Assembly: GCA_044892525.1 (NCBI GenBank)
Contig: CM097885.1
Location: 10,356,001 to 10,420,000 of the forward strand
DNA length: 64,000 bases
Source of the DNA: Schmidtea polychroa
Lineage: Eukaryota
Direction of reading: 5' to 3'
The notes below the pieces were generated by a model. That model saw only the letters and a program-made list of their open reading frames with translations. It searched no databases and was not told where the DNA came from. Both the position numbers and the translations under genes were made by a program. This document shows, piece by piece, positions 1-14,199 of the stretch. The stretch's first letter is position 1. Each line of letters starts with the position of its first letter.

Positions 1-3000
1 ATGTGAAAAGTATTAATGTTCAAATGATTACTAATATGACGCTCATTCAATTAAAGTGTTATTTTGTTTTAATAAACTAAAAAGTACATGTAAGGAATAA
101 GTTAAATAAACCTAAACTTAATTAATTAACTAATTTAAATATTGTATATTAATTAATTTAGAATTTAATAAGTATGGTATGTAAATAATAATTGTATAGA
201 TCATATTAATAATTCAAATGTAAGTATAATTATAATATAATTATATAATTTAAATTAATAGAATGATTGTAAAATGATCTTTTCTTGCTCCAGATATTAT
301 TGGTGTAAAATAATCCTCTTGTTTGAATTTTGTGAATCAGAATAAATATTTGAAATTCGAATCTTTAATTAATTTAAATGGATACTGTGAGGTGTTTTCA
401 GCTGAGAATTAAATATTTCAATATTTTATTAAGACAATTTTAAATGATAATTAATTGACTATTTGAAATAACTTTTAAAAACATTTTTAAATTGGATTTT
501 TTAAATTGAAATTTTTAAATTTTTAAATTAAACAAGCTTTTATTAGTAAATCATTTTTAAATAAATATATTTTAAATATGTAGATTTTAATAAATGGTTT
601 TTAAAATATTTTATTCAACGCTGAAAATTTGTTTGGAAATTATACAATATTTCATTAAAGAAATACTTGGAATTATGACGTTAACTTTGCACCGGATTTA
701 AAAAATAATTTAGAAGATGTGTTAGCAGCTTCGAATAGATACAATTAATACTTGATTCACACAGTCTAGCAGTACATATCTGAGGGTTAATAATAACGTT
801 GAGTTGTTGGAAAGTCTCATTTGTCACTGCATTTTTCACAGGCTTCACAAAAGGAGCAATATGACGAAACTTGTGAAAAATTGTATGTTGTGTTGGCTCA
901 TTAACTGCCAATGCTAGCACATTTCTCTTATTGTTCAAACATTACAAAGATTGGGATTCATTCTACATATATGCAATCGGATAACAGGTAAATATATTAA
1001 ATTGTTGAGTTAATATTACTATGTGGTAGGGAAAAGCTAACTTTTTATGTCCTCGATCAAAATAAGAAACTCAACACAATAAGTTTTATTTGCACTACAA
1101 AATCTGCACTACAAAAATTGTCCCTAAAGGAGACCGCCTCAAGTTGAACGAATCTGATATCGATTCTAAAGGAAATGTTAACTAACTTTCGCTTTCAGAT
1201 TAATCTTTCTTCCGCCGTTATTATGATTCGCAATGTTTTTCGCTCTTTTTACAGCGAAACGAATTTACAAGCAAATTGATACTGGTTGATACGGGCATTG
1301 ATACACAATTGGATACCAGTGGTACTATAACAAAGTTTGACGTTACTGGAATTCAGATGACCTTCTTTGAAACTTCTTATTAGGTGGCGTATCTGTATGG
1401 TAAGAGAAAATGCCACATAATAGCTGAGAATTTGGTAAAGACGTGCATTTAAAATAACAAGAATTGTATTCGGTTTTGAAGTACAAAGTAAAATTCAACA
1501 GATTCCTTTATCGAAACATCTGAATCAGTTCTCATTCAAGATCCCAATGTTAATATTTTACTTTAAGAAGCAGAAAATATCAAAGGCCATTCAAATTGAG
1601 AATTCAACTGGAAGAGTCGATTGGTGCGGATAATTGCGGTCATTTGTTGGTATTTGTGCGATGCATTAAAGAAAAGAAAAGTTGAAATAATTTTCTTTTG
1701 TAACTCATTGCAATTGACGAAGAAAAGTTAAATATGAGCAGAAAGTAAACACGGTTCATACAATTTATATAGTAATACAAGTATTTGGACAATAAATTGC
1801 ATGCTAATTTTTAAATTTTAAAAGGAAATTGTGAATATTTGTGATGATAGTTATGAGGATTTCACATCATCAACCCTTCTTTATAAAAAAAGTTACAAAA
1901 ACATAAATTTATATATAAATTTAAAGTATTACTAATTTATAAAATTTTCTGTAAATTTTTACCCAAAAATAATTTACAGAGAAATTTTTTAAGCAAAATT
2001 ATTAGAAATGAAACCGAATTTCGAAAAAATAAATTATATAATAGTTGAAAAAATATTTACATACCAAATTCAAATGAATATCTTACTTTTATTGTTAAAA
2101 ATTCGTCATATTTTCTTAAAAAAATTTTTAAATGAAATTTAATTTCGAACCACTTAATAATTATTATTAAATTAATATTTTATATTTAGAAAACATAAAT
2201 TATAAAATAAAATAAAATAAATTAAATCCGTGCTTACCAAAAATATTGTTGTATTGTGGAAACACACAAACGTACCTGTGTGCTGAATTTTAATAAAGCA
2301 TGAAACTATTTACTATAGAGATTGAAAGTAGTAGAAAAATTAATGTAATACACAAGCACAACATATAATAAAATATGCATATGAACTTTTGATATGTAGT
2401 ATTGTAGTAATATGTAGTAATATTACATGGAATAAATGAATTTTAAAACTTTTTTAATTACAATATTTTTTGAAAAACAGTTAAAAAATCTACTAAGTTG
2501 CAGAGAAAATGACAAAATTATTATAAATTTAATATTTCTATAGAATTTCATATATTTCTATTAAAATGTTGCTTTTTATGAAGGTAAAGAGCTGACAACT
2601 TAAAATTTATTCTTGAAATTACAAATCAGTTTTAGATTTTACAGTATTTCAGATATTTCTCGTCAAATTCTGCCTTTTTGTGAAGTTGAAAAAGTGATTA
2701 AAAATAAATTAAAATAGAAAAATTATAAAAAGTAGTATTTGTAAAGTTAATGATCTCATATCAAAAAACATTTTGTTTTACTTGGTAGCCATTTTCCAAA
2801 ATTGTTTCAAAATATTCATAAATACTAAAAATGATCACAAAAATGACGACTCATACAGTTGATTTACACACCAACCTCCATTATAGATGTGATTATTACG
2901 TGAAATCAAATTAGCGTATTTTTTATCGTATTTTTTGCATTGAGTGAAAAATCAGTTCTGTTCATAATTTAGCTTCTTTATCACATTGAAATAAAGCAGG

Positions 3001-3127
3001 GATTTTTAATTGTACAGGGAAATTATACTGTTTTTTACTAATTAGAATTGTGATTAAGTTATAACTTTTGAGAAAATAGATGAAAAACTTTGACTGATCT
3101 ACTTAGCAAATATTTAGTCATCTGAAT

Positions 3128-3358
3128 AAATTAAAAGAGACTGCCGAAGACTTATGTATGGTGCTGCTAGAGGTGAAATTATTATACCATCAGCAGACAA
3201 ACTACTGCGACAACATTCGCCAAGAATATTATCATTAATCAAGAACGAATGTCAAGGATCAAAGTCGATTAGATACCGTCCTAGTTCTGACCATAAACTA
3301 TGCCAACTGACAGTTAGTAAAGATGATTTAATTCTTCTTACTAGATGTCACTGGGAAA
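3128..3358 (+). rRNA. 18S rRNA pseudogene fragment, 5' part (degenerate)
   Basis: Diverged matches to conserved 18S tracts: GCTAGAGGTGAAATT, CATTAATCAAGAACGAA, ATTAGATACCGTCCTAGTTCTGACCATAAACTATGCC. Interrupted by a hAT element at 3359. Confidence 0.9.
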
Positions 3359-4453
3359 TAGGGATTGTAAATTTACCGGTTTTTTCATTTACCGGTAAAT
3401 CGGTAAATGAAAAAAATTACCGGGAAATTTCTTTTTCTAAAAGATAAAATAAAGTTGAAAGAAAAAACAAGTTTAAATTTACATTTCATGATTTTTATTT
3501 CAAAAATATAAAATATGAAGATTAATGTATTATTATAAATTTAAACAAACTATAATAATATTTTAGAAACAAATAAAAATAAAGTTAAAAAAATAATAAT
3601 GACACAGAAATAGCTTTATTAACTAATAGTTTTCTATTTATAAACATTTTTTAAAAAATAGCTCCTCAAAACACTTAAATTATTTAAAGTGATATCTCAA
3701 AATTTTGTTCTTATTTTTGTACAAAATAACCCAGAGCCCGAGAATGCACTTTCTGAATCATCACTTGTTGGACGAATTGTCTTCAAATAATCATATACCA
3801 TTTGAATATACTTTCCTCGTATATATTGCCATATATATATATATTGCCATTTTTTTGTTTTTTTGTTGTGGAACTGATCTTTCCTGGCATTCTGTTTTTT
3901 GTTTTATCAGATCGTATAATTTCTGTTTTATAGGCATTTCTACATTTACTGTAGAAGTGTCAATATTTTTATTATCTGACTCTAAGCTGGTATCCAAATC
4001 AGTATGATTTAACTGAATCTGACTATCAACAACAATAATCGAAAGTATATCCACAATACTTTTGATTATTGTTGCTTTTTTGGAGATATGAAAAATATCG
4101 TAGTTTTCCTGTCAAATATTGCTTAACATGGAGTTACTCGATTTGGTAAGTGACACGTTAATATCAAATGTAATAGCATAATAGTAAAATAAAAACTTAC
4201 CTTAGCTTTCAAAACTCGCACAAATTCAAACAAATTAACTTCGAAAATATGTAATATAAAGTAATTTATTTATAAAAATTATAGCGTTTTGTAAATCCTG
4301 TAAAGGACTCGTAACTCTCACTTTTAGGTATTTATAAATACGATATTTTACACATAAAAATGTCTAGCAAAGATTTTTAATTTACCGAATTTACCGGTAA
4401 ATTTACCGAATGTGTTTTTGCCAATTTACCGGTTTACCGGTATACAATCCCTA
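3359..4453 (-). mobile_element. Non-autonomous hAT DNA transposon (1095 bp)
   Basis: TIRs TAGGGATTGTA / TACAATCCCTA, 8-bp TSD CTGGGAAA (3351-3358, 4454-4461), subterminal TTTACCG repeats. Minus-strand relic of the hAT dimerisation domain LKTIRPTSDDSESAFSGSGLFCTKIRTKF*DITLNNLSVLRSYF at ~3655-3787. Confidence 0.92.
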
Positions 4454-4880
4454 CTGGGAAACCAAAGATTTTGGGTTCCGGGGGAAGTATGGTTACAATG
4501 ATGAAACTTAAAGAAATTGACGGAAGGGCACTACAAGGAGTGGAACCTGCGGCTTAATTTGACTCAACACGGGTGATCTCACCCGGTACAGACACTATGA
4601 GGATTGACAGATTGATAGCTCTTTCTTGATTGGGTGGGTGGTAGTGCATTGCATTGCGAAAGAGGCTCTGACTTACTAAATAGTGAATTTATATTCAATG
4701 TGAATTCTCATTTCTTAGAAAATTAAATAGCGTTTAGCTATTTGAAATAGAGCAATAACAGGTCTGTGATGCCCTTAGATGTCCGGGGCCGCACTCACAC
4801 TACAATGGAAGTACTAACTAGTTTTCCTTACTAGAAATAGTCGGGTAATCTCTTGAGATACTGTCGTGAACGAGGAATTG
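4454..4880 (+). rRNA. 18S rRNA pseudogene fragment, 3' part (degenerate, internal deletions)
   Basis: GGGTTCCGGGGGAAGTATGG, GAAACTTAAAGAAATTGACGGAAGGGCAC, GCGGCTTAATTTGACTCAACACGGG, GCAATAACAGGTCTGTGATGCCCTTAGATGT. Confidence 0.92.
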
Positions 4881-5124
4881 TAAGCTCAAGTGACTCTCTT
4901 TCTATCTCGATTTCACATCCATCCGTTGAGCAAAAGAGAAATGTAAACATCCACACTTATGAACAATGTATTATAAAAAGATTTATAAGCACTAACTGCA
5001 ACTTGAACCATGAAACGTTAACAAGGTAATGATTTTGTTATACCCGGAAAGATATCCAGACATTTACACTTCATTTGCCAATAAATATTTTTATAATAAC
5101 CGATTTTTTATTATAACTGATTTT

Positions 5125-5266
5125 ATTATAACCGGGTAAATTTACATTGACAAAATAGGTCAGGCGCTATTGCCATAAAACCTTTTTTTATACCCGAGGT
5201 TTTAGCAATGTTTTATGGCAATAGCGCCTGACCTATTTTGTCAATGTAAATTTAACCGGTTATAAT
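5125..5266. repeat. Near-perfect inverted repeat (~57-bp arms, ~28-bp spacer), probable MITE or foldback relic
   Basis: ATTATAACCGGGTAAATTTACATTGACAAAATAGGTCAGGCGCTATTGCCATAAAAC and its reverse complement at 5210-5266, one mismatch. Confidence 0.8.
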
Positions 5267-5317
5267 TTCCAAACAAATTTTCATTGTTGAATAAAATATT
5301 CCAAAAAACATTTTATT

Positions 5318-5320
<3 letters not shown>

Positions 5321-5378
<58 letters not shown>
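5321..5378. repeat. (TA)n microsatellite
   Basis: Read directly. Confidence 0.95.
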
Positions 5379-5381
<3 letters not shown>

Positions 5382-6313
5382 TTGAAAAAGGCGGTTCCGA
5401 AAATTCGTGGAAATAAAAGAAGCATCGATATATATATATATATACTGATACATAGTCAAGCTTTTTAATAAATATAATGTCAATTGAAACGAAATCAATG
5501 GTGTAAATTGAAGAAAGTTATTATAATATATATAAGTTTAAAAAACTAATGGGTATATTAATAAAAAATATTTTATACAAAATTATTGTGGCATACATAC
5601 AGTGACATGCTATGTATAGAGGTGATATAAAATAATTTTAATTATTTCCTTTCAGTAATCCAAATTTAAAATGACAATTCAGATTACATCTTCCCAAACC
5701 ATGAAACGTGTAATAGTGTGTTGCAATGGACCAAAATAGGAGATGTTTTACGAAATAAGGTGGGATGATGGATTAAAATATGAGGACGTAATGGTGTTGG
5801 AAATGTCTACCACTATTTGAGATAATAACATTGAAAACCAAATAAATAAGGAGTAACGCCGAGCCGAATGCAAATTTTATCCAAGCTTTTGCCAGATAAT
5901 AACGATAGAAATAATTCGCATGATATTTACTAACCACTCTCTTTATTCAGACCGAGGATTTGTAGCAAAAGGCAGCTTATTTGACAATATGACAATAGAA
6001 AGGCTCAGAAATAACAATATTTTCAATTTATCATTAAAAGATTCAATTGTGAAATTTCACCACTCAATAAATGTTTTCAATGAAAATATCAGCATAAATG
6101 ATATTAAAATTAATATTTATACGAACTCAATTATCGTCACTAGCGATTCAATCGTCAGGCGAATATCGCTAGAATTTTGCTCAATGGATTGCTCGTAAGT
6201 TTCAGTTGTTTTTATTATAATATTTATATTTAACAGATTAATTAAAATAATGAAATTAATCTAAAATGTTGATTGGCTGACACTTACATTAAGTTGTGCA
6301 AAATATTTGTGGT

Positions 6314-6445
<132 letters not shown>

Positions 6446-7249
6446 ATAAAGTGATGAATTCTTGGTAGCAGCATTTATTATTTAAAACAATAAAGTGATA
6501 ATTTAAGCCTTTAGCTGCAAATAATGTATTTAATGAAAAATGTTTCGACTATAAGATAGTCCTTGTCAATCTCCTGGAATTTATCAATCTTCTTACCGAA
6601 CATACATCTCGATCTTTCTTTTATTTCCTTATTCTTACTTCTCATTTGTTAAAAGTATAATATAATGATATTCTTTCTTTTTCTGAATTTTTAAAAAATT
6701 TTATTTAAAATTAAAATAAATATCATTTAAAATTCAAAATGAAACACCAACAAAAAGTTTTAAAGCTTCTATAATTAGTCCCTAGAAGCCTATTTTAATA
6801 AAATATTTTAAAATATTTATAAAATAAAGATTCCAATAACTATTATTATACGCGATTTAAATATTTTAATAAATGTGTCAATTTTGATTTTTAATTCCCA
6901 TCTTTTGAAAGTATATTTCCTAAATGTAATAATAATAATGATAATATAAGCAGCACAAGCTTTGTGATACCCAGTGCAAATCCCAATTGTAGACGAGTGT
7001 CGAGCTTTTGGCTTTCATCAGTACTATGCATGACATTGTGAAAAATGCGCGTATTGGCCTGCTGGAAACGGGATTGTAGAAAGAAACCACCGGACGATAA
7101 AGTGTCATGCAGCCATAATGTATGCAGATTCTCGGGATATCATCTTTTGGTTTAACACTGCATTTAGAAATGGCACCATTTATGACACAGTGTCACTGGA
7201 GAAATTATTAGGGAAAAGAATTTAAAATGCTCAGTAACCTGTAAATATA

Positions 7250-7560
7250 AAACAGTATACAGGGTCGTCGTGAATTATTTTAACAATGTTCACAACTCGA
7301 TGGCCCATTGGAATTGTTAGTGGCAATAATTCAGCCATAAACACAGAGGTGAATGTAACATCACGTCACATAGTGCACATCCGACCAGTACTAGAAGAGA
7401 ATATAGTTAACGATAACTCTGAAAATGAATCTGAGACGAGACGAATTAGTGAAGAAGAGCTGGGCGTTACCACAGGTAAAGATTAGCCGAGACGACCCCG
7501 AAGGAAGCCGCTATATATTGCTCAGTACGATCTGATACATCGTATCGACATAGAGGGAAT
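7250..7560 (+). mobile_element. Probable Ty3/Gypsy integrase C-terminal relic
   Basis: TTRWPIGIVSG...EVNVTSRHIVHIRPV followed by an acidic stretch, a PRRPRRKPLYIAQY tail and a purine tract (AGAGGGAA); resembles 3' ends of Gypsy pol. Confidence 0.4.
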
Positions 7561-8244
7561 ATAATAAAAAATTGTTTTGTTTATAATAATTCAAAAAATC
7601 TTCAGGCATCTTTGTTAATACAATAAAAGTTATTAATTCATTTTTGATTTTGAAATAAATGAAATATAAACAAATAATTTAATTAATTTTATAATTAATG
7701 AAATAAAATCACAAATTAGAACATTCGATTTAGGTAAATTTCCTCTTTATTCTACAATTGAAGTAATAATAATTCAGCTATTTAAAAACGGTTTTATTAG
7801 GTAAAGCACCTCTTTGTTTCACACGCCGGTTGATAAATTTTCTTTTCTCCATTTATTAAAATAGAAATAATAAAAAATAATAGTTTTTAAATTGGATTGA
7901 ATTTGCTCACGTAACCAATCTTGTCGGAAAATAGAAAAATATCCCTCTCGATCCCTAAGACTGTAACTAAGCAGAGGTAAGCACTTCTAGTGCACTTCAC
8001 ACACAATAACTATGCGTACCTTTGATCAATTGAAATTTATTAAAATATTTGAAAATCAGTATAATGTCGATGGAATTTAGATTAAAATTATAAATTTATT
8101 ATTGAGTATAATTATATTATGCTTTAAATGATTTGTAACTGATCTGAATCGATTTCTAGATCATGCAACACAAGTCCTGATCCAATGTGTCAATGGAATC
8201 CCAAAACACAAATATGCGAGATTAAACCTCTTAGCAGGTAAGGT

Positions 8245-8245
8245 A

Positions 8246-8324
<79 letters not shown>
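8245..8324. repeat. (ATT)n microsatellite
   Basis: Read directly. Confidence 0.95.
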
Positions 8325-9569
8325 TGTTTCGACCAGTCAGAGGGGGAATAGCATTTACCTCTGACTGGCAGTTTGTTTGGTGGTTTTTGCATCGCGATCT
8401 GTGTGGGCGGTATGGTTAAACCGATTCTTGTTAGTGTGCGCACACAGACGCGAGAAGTTGGTTTCTATTTTTTATGTTGTGGTTTTAGATTAAATTGTAG
8501 ATTTAAATTGATTTAATTTTTTTCTGGAGGTGAAGTTTTGTTTAAATGGAGATTGATGTGGAATTTTTGAATTTTCGGCTTTAGTTAAAGATGCTATTAG
8601 ATCATCTGGTGAATATTATGACCTTTATATTGGACCAAGTATCGACAGAATAATTGCTGCAAAAGATAGTGCTATATATGATGCTGGAGCTTCGTTTAAA
8701 GTTACAAGTCAAACCATAGATTTTTGGATAATTTTTGTTCATCGTTTCATGTCAAAGAATAATAAAGCAGAATATGGAACTGCCGAGAAGAAGGAATATG
8801 ATATTCTATTTAATCGAGCTCTTAAAACGATCAACACAATTCAAATGTTTACTAGCCAAAGTGTTGAACAATTATCCAATGTTTAAAATTCAATCATGGC
8901 TCAATCTCAAGTTATTGGACACGTTAAATGGTTTAATAAAGAATGGTTGAACCAATATTATGATGACTGCACAGATGAAATGATAACAGTTGTGCGTAAC
9001 GTTTTGTGTAATAAAGAAACTCTTCTGATTTGTCTTAGACGAATATAATAATAATAATAATTATTATTATTATCATTATTATTAATATTGTTGTTGTTGG
9101 GAATTCTACAAAAATGTAATAAATAAGTTGAAAATGGAAATTGATAAAAATTAATCGAAAGCTAATTAAATATTCGACAAAGTAAAGATTAGTATTGAGA
9201 GTGATATCCGGAAATAAATTAAAAGTTAAAGATGAATATAATTATTTTACAATGTTTGGAGAAAGAAGCCAGTGCGAAAAAAATTAATTAATCGTATTTA
9301 TTATTCAAGAAAAATGCATAAATCACTGGGGAAATCTCGGAGTTGACAATTTGATCATTTGACTAAATCATTCAAGTAATTGCTTATTCGTCTCCAAGAG
9401 CTGCCTGGAAGCGAGTAATTAACCATGAATATTGATAACAACCAATATATAAAAATAAGAGCACTATGTAATGAAATTTGCAACTTTTGGGTCAGAACAA
9501 TTAAAGTAAATGTTAACAAAAAGAATAAAGCTTAAACAAATAACCAACCATCTTATTGCATATATTATT

Positions 9570-9611
<42 letters not shown>

Positions 9612-10201
9612 GAGAGATGTTGATAAATACTGTAAAGATTTCTATAAATGAATTGTAATAAAAGTATTTTGTAAAGGAAACAATTCTTTTAAAGTAAAAA
9701 TAATTATCAAGTAAAACTTTATTATTAGAATAGTTAAAATCAAAATTAAAATTACAATAAAAAGTTTAATAAAATTTTATTATATATATAAAGGTTTATT
9801 AAGATATAACTGAAATTAATTAAAAAATATAAATGACAATAAAAAATACAGTAATTAAAAATCGTATGTTGAATGTATTTATGAATATTTTAAAAGATCA
9901 TGTCAAGAAAAATTGCATAGTTTGGATTCTCCTAACTTTGTTTAAATATTGTGTGTTAAAATTATATTTTTATTGAAATTTACTTGTAATTTAGTGATCG
10001 ATGCAATTAACACCCGAAGTTCGGGAAAAGAAGATACCAACAATTATTGTTTAAACAAATATTATTAAAACTTTTTCTAGCATTTTAATTATGATTTTCA
10101 ATTATTAAAATTAAATTCAATTAATCACTACATCAACATACATAATTTGCATGTTCAATCAGTTGTAAGCAGACAAATGTGTACACTGCCGGATAGATGT
10201 G

Positions 10202-10266
10202 CAGGTAACCCTCCTACAACACGGCATTTTAGGAACCTATCTACCGCGTTGTAAGAGGGTTACCTG
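10202..10266. mobile_element. Miniature pogo/Tc1-mariner-type MITE (little more than two TIRs)
   Basis: CAGGTAACCCTCCTACAACACGG ... CCGCGTTGTAAGAGGGTTACCTG followed by TA. Confidence 0.6.
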
Positions 10267-10529
10267 TACATATACATTTTAGTGAAATGCAGTCAGAATC
10301 ACGGAATAAATGGAAAATACATCCGGTTTTATTCACATAAATCAAAAACACAAATGAGCCCACAATTTTAAGTTAATTATGAGTTTGGATATTTTTATAT
10401 AACCACAAAAAATGTCACGTGAATATGACTTTAAACAGTCAATTAAATTGTAAATTTCTAGGCCAATATTTGCAACATTGATTGAAACAGTACGTATTTA
10501 AATGAGAGCTTTGATATTTCTTTGATTAA

Positions 10530-11215
10530 CCCTTTGAGTCCAGAATTTTTCTTTCAACCAAAATTAATTTATTTGGAAGATTACTTCATGATAATTATTT
10601 TACACATTTATAAAATTTTGATTCCCCGTTCGCATAATTTTCTGTGAAATCCTCCATTTTGGCATAAAAAATATTTTATGAACAAAAATAACTGAAATAT
10701 GATAGTTTGACAAGAGTTACTTTGATAGAATATTGAAGAAAGCACTGAATCAAAATTCACTTATTACAAATTCAGAGAAAATTTATTTATTGATGATAAC
10801 TAATAAAATTTTTGATAACAAGCAATTTGCTGATGGATATTTTTTATCAAATTTTTTCTTCTAGAAAATTTCTAAAAGTTAAATTTTGTATTTCTCATCT
10901 TGCAAAGATGAAATGGCGTGGACGTTTGCAAATTTGATTCAGAGATTTCTAAATTATTCAAATTTATAAGAAAAAAATTCAAATATTTTCAAAAATAGGT
11001 TTTACTATTTTGATTATTTTACTCAGGTTCTAGAAAGATTTTCTATGAGGTTTTTAACTCCATTATCTGACTATCAGAATATGATAAAACTTTGTTTTAT
11101 ATCTCAAAATGTTCACGATTATTCGTTCTAAATAATGATGTAAAAGCTTTTGTTTTCTGCCTTATACTTTCGGAGAAAATCACTCTGACCCATAGGTCAC
11201 GCCGTATTCAAAGGG
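10530..11215. mobile_element. Non-autonomous piggyBac-like element
   Basis: TTAA|CCCTTTGAGT ... ATTCAAAGGG|TTAA: CCC/GGG termini with TTAA on both sides. Confidence 0.7.
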
Positions 11216-12429
11216 TTAATTAAAATTTAATCAACAGTATTGCTAGTACTAGAAACTATCATCAACATTTTGTCTGCTTATCTCAGAGATCCTCGGTAAT
11301 TGACAAAGAATTATTCAAATCCATATTATATTAAAGAATAATATATAAATTTTCAAATAAAACCTTTAAAATAAATTTAGAAAATTTCATTTATTAACCT
11401 TAACCTAGCCATAGATCGAATTTTATGGACATCGACATCATAAATATATCTTTTTATGATTATTAAATAATTGAAGCCAGTTTAAAACTTTAAAAAGAAT
11501 TTTCCTATTTATTTTTACATAATAAAATTTAGTGTAAAATAACGGAGGGGGGCTGATTTATCCAGATCACAAAATTGAATATAAACAGATGTTGAAAATT
11601 AATTTGTGTTTTCTTTACAATTTCCAATTTTTTTATTATTGACAGGTGCTTATTTAATTCTGAATTTAGAAATCCTTTATTATTTGTAGATATTTTTAAA
11701 AATGGTTTAAAATATTTAGATAATTTTTTTTTTGGTATTATGATTGGTATTGTAAATAATTTTGTTTTAATATTTATTTAATTCAAGTATTAAAGGAAAT
11801 CGTAAAGAAAAATATTAATAGCAAAATACATATTATTATCTAATAACAAATATCTATATATTGTTTAAATACACCACAGCAAATGATTAATTTGATTATT
11901 ATATATTGATTCTGAAATTTAATCAATTACATAATTATCTGTTATTTATTTTTCATCTTTTTTACAAAATTTCTTTATCCTCATTTCTAATTTAGACCAT
12001 CAATCAATATAAAACAAAATATTGATCGATAGTCTTAAAGGAAATGAAGGGTTAGAAACAGAGGATGTTTTATAATATATTGATTAAAGCACTGTATTTC
12101 CTTTGATATCTATTTTATTGGATTTTTATTAAATTAGAAATTATTTTAGGTAGTTAGTTAACATTTGAATAATATATAAATATCAAAATAATATTTTTCT
12201 AATTTTTTAATTTTAGACAAATGAATATTATCCAGTTGTACAACTGCCAATCAGGTATAATAATATTTCATATAAATAATATTAATTTTATTATAATAAT
12301 TATTATTATTATTACCATAACAAATTGGATTCACAATATTTATTTTGAAAAATCCAAATATTTTGTCTCTTCATAAACAAATTTGAATTGGGATACATAA
12401 AGATTGATGATGGTTTCTAAATAATTATA

Positions 12430-12719
12430 TAAAGCCGTTCATAAAGTACGTCACACTTTCGAAAAAAAATTTTTTTAATTAACACCGAATTAAAATTCAA
12501 TCTAAAATACACTTCTGCATTAAAATATAAAATTCACCGTAAAATTATACCAGACAATTATATAATACACATCAAAAAATAAAAAAAATTAGAAATCAAA
12601 TAAAAAAAAATTAATATGTGAGGTCACACATGGCCTGAACCCGATCCTCCCCTTGTCACAAACCGTCACATTTTCTTACACCCCTCACTGGAGCGTGGCG
12701 TACTTTATGGACGGCCCCT
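12430..12719. mobile_element. MITE with ~25-bp imperfect TIRs (PIF/Harbinger-like)
   Basis: GCCGTTCATAAAGTACGTCACAC ... GCGTGGCGTACTTTATGGACGGCCCCT. Confidence 0.6.
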
Positions 12720-12834
12720 GTGCAATTCTTATAATAAATGTTCACGTTTTATATTTACATATTAAATAGTTGTTTTACTATGTCTAACTATATGTTTTAC
12801 ATTATATATACACATATATTATTATATATTATAC

Positions 12835-13215
12835 AGGGTGAGCCAAAAAGATCTTAACCAAAATTAAATTAAAAAATATAAATAAAAAGTATTTTTACTT
12901 ATCAACTGTACATATTATGATATTTTATTTCATTTTCTTTCAAAAGTAACATCAGTCAAATGTTCGCAGTTAGTGGCCACATACTGTTGAAGACATTCTT
13001 GAAAGTTTTCTATAAGTCGGTGGATCATTTCATGTGGAATAGACTCCATTTCTCGACGAATTGCGTCTTTCAATTGTTTAATAGGTTGGGGCGATAAATG
13101 TATACCTTTGATTTTAGGTATCTCCTGAGTAAAAAATCACATTGATTCAAGTCAGATTATCGGGTAGGCCAACCAAAGTCACCGCAAAATGAAATTAATA
13201 GCGGTGTCATGTTTT
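12835..13215 (-). mobile_element. Tc1/mariner transposon 3' relic
   Basis: TA|CAGGGTGAGCCAAAAA end. Minus strand reads WPTR*SDLNQCDF...YLKSKVY...QLKDAIRREMESIP, a degenerate WPxxSPDLNPxDF transposase C-terminus. Confidence 0.75.
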
Positions 13216-13499
13216 TGTGCCGAACGTCGAGGAGACTGATTTATTGAGATATTTACTGATTTTTTTATATTCACGAATTTTCAGCATGAATTATTACAAT
13301 AGAGAAAAAGAACCTATCAGCAGACCATTAATTTACCTACGTTTTCTTTTCTTACACAATATAATCAGATCTTACATTCGCAATACGAAGTTACCAATTG
13401 ATATTTCCCCAAACTTTACCACCTCTGAACCTTTGAAATCATAACTTCGGGTATCTATAAAATCTCCAACATAAGACCTATTTCATCGAGATTGTCTAT

Positions 13500-13800
13500 A
13501 CCACTTTTGTACTAAAGTTTTTGCTTCTCAAAAACATTGTATATCAAATCACTTGCACAATATGCGACGCATCGTACATAGGGGAAACACATAGAACATT
13601 CCGAACAAGACTCAATGAACACATCAAAAAAAAACCCAGCAATTATCGTGAACACTAGACAAAAGTACACAAATCAGCAGCACTCGTACACGAAACAAAA
13701 TGCCAAATATTACAAGATGCGTTCAAAAATACATTACAATGATTAGTCGCAGAAACTATTTTTATCAAAAAAACATAAACCCTCCATTAACATTTAACTA
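13500..13800 (+). mobile_element. Penelope-like retroelement GIY-YIG endonuclease relic
   Basis: KNIVYQITCTICDASYIGETHRTFRTRLNEH from ~13531, then frameshifts. Confidence 0.8.
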
Positions 13801-13942
13801 AATTAGATTAAATCTTTTTTATTAATTTAATTTAAATTAAAAAATAAATATCTTTAATATCATTTAAAATATAAAATTAAATTTTAATTTAAAACATCGA
13901 TATCTTTATTGATTCATAGTCAAATATTTTCTAATAAATACA

Positions 13943-14182
<240 letters not shown>

Positions 14183-14199
14183 ATTTATACTATTTAGAT

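Noticed and set aside
681..1750. Slightly GC-richer segment with an 85-aa ORF
   Set aside because: No recognisable motif or consistent exon structure.
3154..3447. 97-aa ORF
   Set aside because: It overlaps the 18S pseudogene and the hAT end; spurious.
11995..12255. Two exon-like blocks with AG/GT borders
   Set aside because: Multiple in-frame stops and no identifiable product.
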